64,000 bases of DNA from a virus (taxonomy: Duplodnaviria; Caudoviricetes), in IMG/VR virus record IMGVR_UViG_3300011008_000002; one strand, written 5' to 3'. Positions 19,901-29,176 of the stretch are shown piece after piece. Made by a program: the position numbers and the translations under genes. The first letter of the stretch is position 1. Every line of letters begins with the position of its first letter. The notes beneath the pieces are model-generated. The model had not been told where the DNA came from. It ran no database searches and saw only the letters and a list, made by a program, of their open reading frames with translations.

Positions 19901-21688
19901 GCTAGGGTCGACTAAGATTTTCTTAAATCTCTCCATATTCGGGTTAAACCTTGTGCCATGACGAGTCATCCAAACTTTATTATAGTTGGTAACTATCTGA
20001 AGTTCATCAGGACCAGTCTTTATAATAGGAAGACCAAAAAGTTGTTTCTCAATAACACGTTTCTTCCCATTTATGATGAGGAATTTATCATCAACGAGTT
20101 TAGGAATATTAACCTTCATAGTATGACGTTTCCTATTCTCATCCTCAAATTCCACCGTATAAGTGTCCTGATACACAAGCTCTGTTGAAGTATCTTCAAC
20201 TGTCACGTTAATGATATTGACGTTAATACTTTTATCATTGAATGATGTGAGGGCTCTTGCGATATCCCTATCCATCATCTCATTGATGTATACTGACTCA
20301 AAGTTATAAAATCTAACATTCTTTAATTCATCATTATCCGTAACAGCATTATCAATCTTGTACTCAGGAATTACAGGGGGTTCAGGTATTTCTGCAACAA
20401 GTTCACCAATGGTCTTATCCTTGATTTTTAGTTGCATCTGTCTTTCACGTAACATTTGATCGCGTTTTAGTGAAGCCGCCGTTTTTGTACCTGCCCTCTT
20501 ACCGGTAACTGAATTGAGATAAGAAGATTTAAGAGTATCATCGTTTTCAATTTCCTCAATAGTATCATCAATGGCTTCTTCTGCATCTCTATCCATATTG
20601 GAAACATCTTCATCTTCGATACCAAGAGTTTGAGCCTCTGCCTTAAGACGTTTCTTTTCTTCCTTTAACTCTTCCTCTTTATCAGCTTCTGTATCCTTTG
20701 TCTTTTCAATTTTCTTCTCTAACTTTTGAGCCGCTATATCAGCTGCAATTGTATGAGCATCCTCACCGGTCTCAAATGAAACAGGTACAGGACCAGTAGC
20801 ATTCTTCTTCAATCTTTCAGCGATAGTTTCATCCAAATCAGTCTTGATGATATTGTCAACCTTCTCATCAATCTTATTGAATTTAGGACTAATACGTTTA
20901 GTGAAGTTTACTAACTTCGTATAATTCTCTCTCTTGAAATCTTCCAGTGAGTTGACAAGAATGTATCCCTTTGTAGTATAAAAAAGAATGCTTATCTCAG
21001 GGACATCCATCATGATCTTATAGATTACATTATTGGATTTCTTAAGCATAATCATCATGTAATCGTAAAATGAATAATCTGTAAGCTCACAATTCGGATT
21101 ATATTCATCCAAATCAATGAATATTGGGGACTTCTCATATCCCTGAAATTGTAACCCATTATAGAAATTACCTATTGTCTTAAAATATGTCTTCAATCTT
21201 TCAATCAAAGGCATTTTCTTTAATCTAACTTGATAAGAAAGTAATCTCGTAACGGGTTCCATGTCGTAAACGACATTCTTTTGAGCTAACGTGTTAAGAT
21301 TTAATGGAGTAATAACATTCGGACAAAGTTCCTGTATTACCCCATAATCTTTAAGTCTCTCCTTCTTGAGAACCAGTTTGGTTTTCCCTGGGTTTTTGAC
21401 ACGAGGAGATTTGATACTTCCTCTAACCCTAAGAAAATCATAATAATATCCTCTATAAGAGGAACCTATGTTCATAATTCTCGGATGCTTATTGTTAAGA
21501 ATTGTAGCAATACTCTGGGGAGATGTATTGAGAAATGGTACCATCATTCCCTTATTACTACCTTCCTTTTTAGGCATTTGCATCTTATCCTTCGTAACTG
21601 AAAAATCATTGACATTCTCCAGTTTCTTCATTTCCATTATAGCTGAAGGTATCATAGCATCTAACCCTTCAAAAACTACTAATTCCAT
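16982..21688 (-). CDS. Phage multisubunit RNA polymerase beta-like subunit (probably virion RNAP, phiKZ gp178-like)
   Basis: HDDPNRTAMTSKQSCHAIP (cf. HDDANRALMGANMQRQAVP), TYEDS, and GDKFAHMSANKA (cf. GDKxAGRHGNKG). Long N-terminal extension. Preceded by AACA-N6-TA. Confidence 0.9.
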   Translation of the reverse strand: MELVVFEGLDAMIPSAIMEMKKLENVNDFSVTKDKMQMPKKEGSNKGMMVPFLNTSPQSIATILNNKHPRIMNIGSSYRGYYYDFLRVRGSIKSPRVKNPGKTKLVLKKERLKDYGVIQELCPNVITPLNLNTLAQKNVVYDMEPVTRLLSYQVRLKKMPLIERLKTYFKTIGNFYNGLQFQGYEKSPIFIDLDEYNPNCELTDYSFYDYMMIMLKKSNNVIYKIMMDVPEISILFYTTKGYILVNSLEDFKRENYTKLVNFTKRISPKFNKIDEKVDNIIKTDLDETIAERLKKNATGPVPVSFETGEDAHTIAADIAAQKLEKKIEKTKDTEADKEEELKEEKKRLKAEAQTLGIEDEDVSNMDRDAEEAIDDTIEEIENDDTLKSSYLNSVTGKRAGTKTAASLKRDQMLRERQMQLKIKDKTIGELVAEIPEPPVIPEYKIDNAVTDNDELKNVRFYNFESVYINEMMDRDIARALTSFNDKSINVNIINVTVEDTSTELVYQDTYTVEFEDENRKRHTMKVNIPKLVDDKFLIINGKKRVIEKQLFGLPIIKTGPDELQIVTNYNKVWMTRHGTRFNPNMERFKKILVDPSKRPDNVNIRVYKGDNSVINQPYLTCLEYDDLASRYNKIIINDCTFVFSVDMLKEELGDKYKDSTLEEIMIGYKGKNKTPIVYNTKNADHQDMVSLIVNESMPVYYDTFKRLSSGRKYVHNNVTMMEKDFPLIFAVTFFEGLTTVVQKFNNLTGEDRVEFVDKKDSSDNYMYIEFKDGYLKYAMNDLESCLLFNGYTELVMKDFTIAELDERETYITIFEQLLGSGYYAGGFINFYEFMIDFKTLDILKLLGYPEDVVSLMIFASNMLADSSFSIDTDPRLYRLRSVEIIPAILYKNMTKAYQSYRKTANNANPKKLTLDPDCVIKELNALPTVDSYSTLSPIVEVKQFGVTSMKGYVGMNKDRSYSEEKRNYHDNMVGLIGVSTDISGNCGKERHLVVEPNVINAYGMLDIVGRENAENLDVTKLMTTEEMTYPMGVAHDDPNRTAMTSKQSCHAIPVMEQSPLLITNGFDSTIQYRTSNDFSYVAKQDGEVIDRDDNVNIMVIKYKDGSIHAIDLDKKIVQNGGGGFYLDNKLDSSFKKGDKFKKDTILAFDKHYYKDTGVLGNKLTYGTRVKTACLSNMATYEDSMWSTYRLSRAMSADITMKEVSIVIGKNSNVDYIAKIGDHIKNGDDLIRFDTAYSDAEMNELMKSIRQDLQEDIVNLGRSKYTSKHDGVVADIRVYPAVELDQLSPSLKKMVDNVQKHDRQRRSYMDKYDKNKNSVYRKGIFFTDSVGMVKPDQYGKIAGVDVHDGVLVEIYVTYHDEVSDGDKFAHMSANKATNGYMVPRGLEPYTAFRPYEEIDIPLAPSAILQRGTPSVITVEIGYKVLIELKRACFEILTGIDWNEKQRKDNPYMDVHTKKPDVPTNESTMMEVWDNNKEKIELATGKLEILRETFDIIVSSDDKYEASQEYSKGDIVFAGLDFRDEINRLVFESKLSTSIEGYQPNIEYDEIVNAYVAKDIIYYGERLIVH

Positions 21689-21724
21689 AAGGGAGTTCCC
21701 TCCTTTCTTTTCACTTGAAATACT

Positions 21725-21736
21725 TACAGAATTGTT
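21725..21736 (-). promoter_or_regulatory. Putative late promoter AACA-N6-TA
   Basis: AACAattctgTA upstream of the RNAP beta RBS. Confidence 0.55.
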
Positions 21737-21852
21737 AAAACGAGCAGTTTGAATATAAAAAATAATAAGCCGAGAGCCTGCACCAACGCGAAGCCCTCAG
21801 CCTATACATTTAATCTGGTATGGTAGAAGTTTACCATTAAATGGATTGTTTG

Positions 21853-22557
21853 TTATCTAACATCAAAATCTGTACGTTCTGGGTAATAATCAAGGAATGG
21901 ATTACTAGCATAGGTGAACTTAATGACCATAGTCGCAATAAATTTTTCAATAAGGTCTAATTCATCTAGTACATTCCATATACGACAATTACCATTATCG
22001 TCAATTCTCCATAGTTCATTAAAGTCAAACTTCGCCTCCGTACCAAATACATTATTTGCATTCCATATATCGTATATTCTAGCTATAATTTGAATAACTA
22101 ATCTGATATTTGGATTATCAAGTCTCAAATATTTATAGAGATGAGACACTGACCATTTACCAGATATACGATATAATTCTGAAAATGAACGAGCTATTTC
22201 ATTAACATCATAGCTCATCTCACCAAATCGTTCATATATAGCGTCATTAATAACCAAATATCTATCATCACACACCCCATCGCTATACTTACTAAACAAC
22301 TGAAGTTGACTTGCCATAATAATACTTGGTTCTTCATATTGTATCATATGTCCCAATTTGTACTCTATAGCAAGCAAACATTCTTCAACATTTTCAAATT
22401 TTGAAGAGTTAAAATCATTTTTAACGCCAAAGCGGTTCATCATTTCTTCATACTTTTTGAACAAAAACGCATTGGTAGTATATCCAGAAAACAAATCCCG
22501 TAGATTTGCATTATCTGGTACAAAACCATAGCATTTAATGTTGTCCTTGGTTTTCAT
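21853..22557 (-). CDS. Hypothetical protein
   Basis: 234-aa ORF with RBS GGAGG. Confidence 0.75.
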   Translation of the reverse strand: MKTKDNIKCYGFVPDNANLRDLFSGYTTNAFLFKKYEEMMNRFGVKNDFNSSKFENVEECLLAIEYKLGHMIQYEEPSIIMASQLQLFSKYSDGVCDDRYLVINDAIYERFGEMSYDVNEIARSFSELYRISGKWSVSHLYKYLRLDNPNIRLVIQIIARIYDIWNANNVFGTEAKFDFNELWRIDDNGNCRIWNVLDELDLIEKFIATMVIKFTYASNPFLDYYPERTDFDVR

Positions 22558-22570
22558 CTGTAATAACCTC

Positions 22571-23230
22571 CTAGAAAATTTTGTTCAACCCGCAGAAACG
22601 TAAACGGTAAAGATAATTTATTTCTAACTCAATTGCATCAACGTAATACTTATGATTTATACTATCATAGAAATCATTCATAACGGTTGGTGCGTATTTT
22701 ATTATAGAAGTTAATATATCTACAATGAACTTATTATTTTTATTACTTGGATTGAGATAACGAGCCAATGTAAGTAAACCCGCTATAGATTGAAAAATAT
22801 CATATTCATTGTAACCATTGGTAGCATCTTCAGAGAATGTACTTTCTAGTATTTCGGTTGTGATATATGATCTGTCCATCAACTCAGTAGAATAAGAGAT
22901 AAGAGTCGTCAAAGTTGATATCTCATATAAACGATTTTGTCTCCTCGACATGTTATAGAGGGTCTTACTTACAGCTGATATAAACTCTGGGTCGACTTCT
23001 CCAAGAGGTTGATCATCATATGAGGTTTCTCTTTGAAATTCATATACCTCTATCTCTACATATTTTCCAATCAAATTCTCAATTTGGTCATGGTACATTC
23101 TCATGGTACAAATATTATTTGTACATCCACGAAATAAATCTTTATTTAGGAATACAAGTTCTGCTATAACGTTATCCTCAGGTAATTCCGTTTCCTTTTT
23201 CTCTACTATATCCAATACATAGAATGTCAT
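22571..23230 (-). CDS. Hypothetical protein
   Basis: 219-aa ORF with RBS GGAGGTG. Confidence 0.75.
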   Translation of the reverse strand: MTFYVLDIVEKKETELPEDNVIAELVFLNKDLFRGCTNNICTMRMYHDQIENLIGKYVEIEVYEFQRETSYDDQPLGEVDPEFISAVSKTLYNMSRRQNRLYEISTLTTLISYSTELMDRSYITTEILESTFSEDATNGYNEYDIFQSIAGLLTLARYLNPSNKNNKFIVDILTSIIKYAPTVMNDFYDSINHKYYVDAIELEINYLYRLRFCGLNKIF

Positions 23231-23248
23231 TCAAACTCACCTCCAATA

Positions 23249-23884
23249 TTACGCTTCTTTTATTTCAGCTAATATAAATTGTAATGTCTGATAGTAAATA
23301 GTATAATTCGGTTCAATAAACTTATTACCATAGATAGTACTATAGAAACTACAGATTTCTTCAATAATATCATCGTACTTCATTAGCATTTTACAAAATG
23401 GACTAAGTATATCTCTATATTCTGAATTCAAATACGCTACTGGTATTAGAATAAGTTGAGATACTGGTAATCCATCAAAAACGCCAATTTCTGATTCAGC
23501 TAGTTGCTCTAAAATCATATGATTGCACATTGACTCAAATTGACCATAGAACCAATTTGGTCCACAATCAATTTCCACCATATAATCGTATGATAAAAAG
23601 AAATCATCATCTAAATTATATCTATTATTTATATACTCTATCATAGCATACGAACCATATTCTATATCATCTGGATATTCATAATCTATGATTTCATAAC
23701 CTAACTTATTAAATGCATTATAAAACCATTTGTTGATATAAGCCATATAAATTTCCACTATGGTTTTATTCCTGTGAATTATATTAAAGAAAAAGAAGTA
23801 TTTAGAAATGTAGAAAGCCACATCTGTCTTGTCAGGTAATGAAGCAGCTCTTATAAATGGAGAAATTGTATATATTTTTTGCAT
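23249..23884 (-). CDS. Hypothetical protein (Tyr/Ile-rich)
   Basis: Start reassigned to MQKIYT (23884) after RBS AAGGGAGGTG. Confidence 0.7.
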   Translation of the reverse strand: MQKIYTISPFIRAASLPDKTDVAFYISKYFFFFNIIHRNKTIVEIYMAYINKWFYNAFNKLGYEIIDYEYPDDIEYGSYAMIEYINNRYNLDDDFFLSYDYMVEIDCGPNWFYGQFESMCNHMILEQLAESEIGVFDGLPVSQLILIPVAYLNSEYRDILSPFCKMLMKYDDIIEEICSFYSTIYGNKFIEPNYTIYYQTLQFILAEIKEA

Positions 23885-24123
23885 TTTATCACCTCCCTTT
23901 ATCTTACCATTTAATATATTTATATAAAAGTTAAGAAGACCATCAGGTTTCATCCATACCCAATGGTCTTCTTAACTTTATCTGTACTCATACATGAAAA
24001 AGAATTAGGAAACTGGCAACATTTTCCTACTGGAAGGTTTATTTTCCAATTTATTTCTATGTATATATGACAATAAAAAATTATAATAAAAATAATATTT
24101 AATAGAAGGGCATACATAAACTT

Positions 24124-25155
24124 AATGTAGAACGCGGGCATGTCACGTTGTTTAGTTTAAAGTAACAACCAATAATCGAACGTTTATCTCCTAGAGACAA
24201 GCGTATTGGTCACAAGAGATGCGAAACGAATTAGATGACAATATGTGTACGAGTCTGTTAATATGCAGGACGTGGAGTCGCCAGTAGCAATACTGGTAAC
24301 GAATGCTGTAAGAACTGCCACTTATTCATTAAAAATGCTCTCGCGACTATTGGTATGTATGCTGTAGTAATCTACATACTAGGTCATGATCGAAGAAAAC
24401 ATCCTACGAGAGCGGGGATTTAGTAGAGGTAGCACCCCTTATTTTGTAAGGCAGAACCACTATAAACATTATGAAATAGAGAATGAAAGAGACGTTTATA
24501 GGGGAGGCCGTGAGCTCGAATCACCTTATGGGATAAGAAGACCTATCGTATTAAATTGCTGGATGTAGGCCCTTTAGGAGCAGGTGCATTAAAAGACTGA
24601 GTGAGAAGGTCGAGTGGGTGGTCACTAGCTCGGTATGCAACCCCACAACTATGGACGCGAGGGTTGGGACCCGTACCAAACTTAATCGTGGGTTTCACAG
24701 GATGGAGCAGACGGTCGCCTAGGTAGCGACGAATTAAGTACAACCTCATACACCTAGATTCGGTTGGTTACAATAGAATCTCATCGTATTTATAGAATAA
24801 AAGAGCTATCGCAAGATAGATACTACAAGTCGGGGGCACTCGACGTCTCAATGTAAAACGGTTGCAAACGGTTTGCCATGTTTGCGATACGATGGAAAAT
24901 AAGAATTGTGGTAGGAGCATCATAGTCCATCCCTAATCATGATTATCTTATTATATCGCGAGATATGTGATATCACAGGTAACGTACAGTTCTTCTTGTG
25001 GTGCTGTACGTTATTCCTATATAAGACGATAATTCGATGTCGTCGAATGCTTTCGAGGTAAGTAGCATGATATCTTTTCGATGGATATTAAAAACTTTAG
25101 TATCTGATAATTTTGCCTCCAGATACGCCTTCGCGTGGGGGTATTTTGTAGTTCA
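24124..25155 (+). ncRNA. Candidate large (~1 kb) structured non-coding RNA
   Basis: No credible ORF, and more GC-rich than its flanks. Many stems, some with GNRA loops (CCAGTA-GCAA-TACTGG 24281-24296; CTATC-GCAA-GATAG 24806-24819; ATATC-GCGA-GATAT 24953-24966), plus long-range helices. TACA-N6-TA promoter motif at 24113-24124. Ends are approximate. Confidence 0.65.
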
Positions 25156-25189
25156 AAAATAACTTTTTAGGATTGCTGACACAAATTTT

Positions 25190-25900
25190 AACAAGCAGAA
25201 AGAGGTGAAAAATGACAGAAACATTGTAAATACGGGTAACCAGGCTTATTTTAGCTGGTTACCCGTATCGTTTCAGTCCTAAAAATCCCAAAATTTTCAC
25301 TTTTCTCGTAGCCGTAATTTACAGTAAAAGAAAGAAAGAACCAAAGAAAGAAAATCAACACAAAATAACCCCGTGGGTCCCCCCACCCCACGGGGTTATT
25401 TTGGTGTTGTTGATTTTTCATTTTATAAAAAACCAAAATTTTTTTCTTATCCGAAAAAGAAAATTTTTCGAAAAAAGAGAAAAAGAAAGAACCAAAGAAA
25501 AAGAGAAAAATCTAAACGAGAATTTTATATATTTCGTAGCCTTATTTAAGAAAAAATCCGCCTGTACAGGCGGATTTTTAAAACAAAGAAGTCGCTTACG
25601 CTCCTATTGTTTTCTACACGAGATATTCATAATATTGATTTTATCCAATTTTCGTAGATTAAAATCCGAAATTTGAATTTATAAGAGAAAATTTAATAAA
25701 ATATTAAAAATTGGATTTTAGGAAATTGGATTTATGAAAACCAAAATTTAAAATGCGAAATTTCCGAAAATCTTGTACGTACAAACAAAATCAAATTTTG
25801 AGCGAAAATAACGGATTACAATACGGAAAAATTCAATTTCCGAGAAAAATATTTGCGTACCTGTTATATATTATAATATATAACAATTTTACATGAAAGA
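25190..25900. other. Palindrome-rich, A-skewed non-coding region; candidate replication origin
   Basis: Inverted repeats at 25230-25268 and 25361-25403, perfect palindrome 25552-25579, direct repeats AAGAACCAAAGAAA x2 and AAATTGGATTT x2, long A-tracts. Lies between divergent gene blocks. Confidence 0.4.
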
Positions 25901-25918
25901 ATAATTGGGGGGTGAAAT

Positions 25919-26377
25919 ATGAAAACACGAGAAGAAATTGTATACATTGCATACAGAAATAAACAAGTATTTGTATACTCATATGATATAAATGCGTTCT
26001 TTACTTACTTGAAATCTTTATATGAGAGAAATTCCAATATTTACTTGGAACTAGAAAAGAAAACTATTGAAAAATGCGAGTTTTCATATCAGTCCTTGTA
26101 TCCAGAGGAGGAGTTGGTAGAATTTGTTGAAAATGAATATATGCCCATCTGGGAATACCGTATTTGGCGGCGTTACTGGGACAGTATCAGACTAAAAACT
26201 TTAGACTTAACCTCTGAAGAAAACAAAAATAATCCTGCTTTGAAAAATGTCGATAATTTTCTCTATTACGTTGGATATGATAAAGTAAAAGAGAAAATCA
26301 AATTGGATAATATTGTTTTCGAACCAGAAAGTTATTTAATGGATTTGGAATTCAGCCAAATAATCGAGGACAAATAA
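25919..26377 (+). CDS. Hypothetical protein
   Basis: 152-aa ORF with RBS GGGGGTG and TATATTATA upstream. Confidence 0.7.
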   Translation: MKTREEIVYIAYRNKQVFVYSYDINAFFTYLKSLYERNSNIYLELEKKTIEKCEFSYQSLYPEEELVEFVENEYMPIWEYRIWRRYWDSIRLKTLDLTSEENKNNPALKNVDNFLYYVGYDKVKEKIKLDNIVFEPESYLMDLEFSQIIEDK

Positions 26378-26407
26378 TTAAAATCCAATGAGAAAGGAGT
26401 GAAAATA

Positions 26408-28135
26408 ATGGTAGGATTTGATTTATCAGAAGTTCTTGTTAAATCAGGATTATCTTCTTTAAGTCATAAAATACAAGAACTTCAATACGAATTATCAATT
26501 CAAACTGTAGGTTACTTAGGAAACATTCAAAATATGAAAAGCGGAACTAGACCTGAGAAAGGACAATACATTACAAGTTTACCTGGTGTAAATGATGTAT
26601 GCACTTTCATGAATGAAGCAATCATGAGAGAGAATAATGATGCTTCGATGTATTTGTCAAAAATCTATTCCGACCATGCTTTTCAAATTTTAGTCGCATC
26701 GGGATATATCCCGATTGCTTGGCTTGAAAAGACCTATCCAGAAGACGCTCCAGTAAGGTTTAATACAATCAAAAACCTCTGGGATGCTATGCTTACTGAT
26801 TATGCAGGTATCAGTATAAGGAGAGACTTCATTTACACCCGATTTAGAACAATCGGTATGCTTACTTGTCGTACAGAAGGCTATGAAAAAGAAAAGCTTC
26901 TCTATTTCCTGATACCTAATAATCAGCCTGACTTGGAATTCTTGAAAAGTTGGATTTCTCAGAATTCCATCCATGAAGTTTTGGTTTTAACCGAAGCTGA
27001 ATATGCTGCTAAGGTAGTTGACCAAAACTATGATTTTTTGTTCAAATTTGATAAGATTGTAGACCCTTACAAGGGTATTACATTCCGAATTTCTACTGAG
27101 ATTAAAGCGACTATTCCAACATATCTTGCTGAAATTGGATGTGATACGATGTGCTGTTTCCCTGAAAAGGAATCTTCGGATAAATACATGGTTGATAGTA
27201 ATCGTCTCATTATCAAGGAATTCCAGAAAGGTGATTCCATTCAATTTGCGGTTAGTGCACCTGCTAACTATACTATTGACTACATATGCTTGAATGGAAT
27301 TCCTCATTTCTTTGGTACTGCTGATCTTGATGCAGCAGGTATTATGATTACGAAATCCGATAACGGCATTATCACAAACTACAATAAATTCATCGTCACG
27401 GTTTCTGGTATTAGAGAGTCTACGAAGATATATGTAGATGCTTGTGAAGATTTGACTGGAAAGACTTCTGTAAGGAATATGATTTCTAAAGATAAGTCCA
27501 GCGTTGAATTTGATGGTGATATTACGAAGGTAAGAATTCAATTCAATCATCCGTTCATATTCTTCAATAAAGAGAAAGTGAAGATATATGCAAGAAAGGA
27601 TGAAACTGCATTTGAAGAATTGGTTGGTGCAGTTGAAGTTCTTGTTGATGGATATCATATGGTTGAGAAGAGGGCGGTATTTGGGAATGTATATTTCAAT
27701 ATGTCTTCTGATGCTACATATAACAACCGCGTAACTCCGGAACGTCCTATGGATGGTCCTGATAATCCTGATCCGATGAAGAGGAGAGATAACCCGTATG
27801 TAGTTCATTATCTCCCGAGATATATGTCTCCATTTGCTCAGAATGTTGCTACTGAGGTTGGTCCTGAATCTAGGGCTATTCTGTTCAATGTATCTGAATC
27901 TGGAGCCATTGTTTTGGTATTTGAAGGATACACTGATTACAAGTATTTCAGAGTTACGTTTGAAGATAGGGCAATGGTAGCCGTGTACAGAATTACTGGT
28001 AGTAGTTCAAATGACCTTGATGTTATTCCTGTTATTGAGGATTATGTATTCGAGAGACCGATTACTGAGGAAGATAACGGTATAGATACAACCGATGACC
28101 TTGATGATGGTGAAAATATTACAGATGATTTCTAA
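26408..28135 (+). CDS. Hypothetical protein (possibly virion-associated, beta-rich C-half)
   Basis: ~575-aa ORF. RBS AAGGAGTG precedes ATG 26408. A hairpin follows at ~28146-28183. Confidence 0.75.
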   Translation: MVGFDLSEVLVKSGLSSLSHKIQELQYELSIQTVGYLGNIQNMKSGTRPEKGQYITSLPGVNDVCTFMNEAIMRENNDASMYLSKIYSDHAFQILVASGYIPIAWLEKTYPEDAPVRFNTIKNLWDAMLTDYAGISIRRDFIYTRFRTIGMLTCRTEGYEKEKLLYFLIPNNQPDLEFLKSWISQNSIHEVLVLTEAEYAAKVVDQNYDFLFKFDKIVDPYKGITFRISTEIKATIPTYLAEIGCDTMCCFPEKESSDKYMVDSNRLIIKEFQKGDSIQFAVSAPANYTIDYICLNGIPHFFGTADLDAAGIMITKSDNGIITNYNKFIVTVSGIRESTKIYVDACEDLTGKTSVRNMISKDKSSVEFDGDITKVRIQFNHPFIFFNKEKVKIYARKDETAFEELVGAVEVLVDGYHMVEKRAVFGNVYFNMSSDATYNNRVTPERPMDGPDNPDPMKRRDNPYVVHYLPRYMSPFAQNVATEVGPESRAILFNVSESGAIVLVFEGYTDYKYFRVTFEDRAMVAVYRITGSSSNDLDVIPVIEDYVFERPITEEDNGIDTTDDLDDGENITDDF

Positions 28136-28214
28136 TATAACAAAAGAGGATTGGAGAGTAGATTTTTCTACTCTCCAATCCTCTGTCATAGAAAGGTTTT
28201 GGTATGGCAAACCA

Positions 28215-28802
28215 TTAGGCTTCCTCTACGGGAACTTCCAATCCTTCAGATGTTTCCTTCTTTTCCTCAGGAGTAGGCTCAGTAGATACTTCGAGAACTG
28301 GTGCCTTCAGCTCTTCAACTTTCTCCGCAACTTCCTCAACCTTTTCAGGCTCCTTGGATACAGCCTCAACTGGCTTGGAATCATCAACCTTCACAAAAGT
28401 TCCCTGATTATTCTTATTGTTCTGCTCGTTGTATTTATTCTTCTTTTCCTTCTTCTTTTCCCACTTCGAAGGATGGTTGTTGATCTGATTGTTTCCCTGC
28501 TGCGTATTAGGTATATTAGCCGCAGGTGCAGGCGTAGTAGGAGTTTTAACCTTCTCCTCAGCCTTCTTAACCACAGGATTTGTATTATCCTTGTCGTAGT
28601 TCTGAACATCGAGCTTTACTTCAGTCTTGTTAGAAAGAACTTCCCAGACATCAGCCCTGTTTTGAGTGATCATCCTCCAGATAGTATCAACAGACTCACG
28701 ATACGGAGTACGAATAGGAGTCATAATCTGACCCCTACTGGTCATCACCAAACCGCGACTCTTTACTACTATCATCTTGGAATTATTACGATTAAGTCCC
28801 AT
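28215..28802 (-). CDS. Hypothetical protein with low-complexity charged C-terminus
   Basis: 195-aa ORF with RBS GGAGG. Confidence 0.75.
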   Translation of the reverse strand: MGLNRNNSKMIVVKSRGLVMTSRGQIMTPIRTPYRESVDTIWRMITQNRADVWEVLSNKTEVKLDVQNYDKDNTNPVVKKAEEKVKTPTTPAPAANIPNTQQGNNQINNHPSKWEKKKEKKNKYNEQNNKNNQGTFVKVDDSKPVEAVSKEPEKVEEVAEKVEELKAPVLEVSTEPTPEEKKETSEGLEVPVEEA

Positions 28803-28817
28803 TTCTTAGTTTCCTCC

Positions 28818-29126
28818 TTAATTCATTCCCGGAAGGAATGCTTCGCAAGCCTCTTCCAAGTCTTCGAGTATCTCTTCATCCATCTCATCAGAAGGCGGAA
28901 TCTTCGCAAGCAGACGCTCCATTTCCTCGTCTTCCTCTCCAATGCCGTCTCCATCCATGTCATCTTCTACTTCGTCATCATCGTCTCCGGTGACATATTT
29001 GATGATATCATCATCAATTGCTTCTTCAAACGTAGCAGCTAACTGATCACTAGAGTCTTCAGCCCGCTGACTATGATTGATTGCTTCCATAAGGGTTGAT
29101 AACCCATAAGACATCAAACTTGCCAT
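28818..29126 (-). CDS. Small highly acidic protein (possible head/scaffold-associated)
   Basis: 102 aa, D/E-rich. AACA-N6-TA at 29165-29176. Confidence 0.7.
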   Translation of the reverse strand: MASLMSYGLSTLMEAINHSQRAEDSSDQLAATFEEAIDDDIIKYVTGDDDDEVEDDMDGDGIGEEDEEMERLLAKIPPSDEMDEEILEDLEEACEAFLPGMN

Positions 29127-29176
29127 TTTATTTCTCCTTTCGCTAAGATTGTATTCTATTGAATTACTTGCGTGTT

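Noticed and set aside
23950-24749. Short ORFs 23950-24141, 24386-24568 and 24543-24749
   Set aside because: No convincing RBS and atypical composition. They overlap the AT-rich promoter region or the structured RNA candidate.
24124-25155. Group II intron, RNase P, tmRNA or tRNA identity for the structured region
   Set aside because: No domain V signature, GAGGAAAGUCC motif, tRNA-like ends or cloverleaf recognised by eye.
25251-25676. ORFs in the A-rich region
   Set aside because: Low-complexity K/F/E products arising from A/T tracts, with no RBS.
26987-29042. Long antisense ORFs (26987-27808 and 28095-29042)
   Set aside because: Shadow frames of well-supported genes on the opposite strand.
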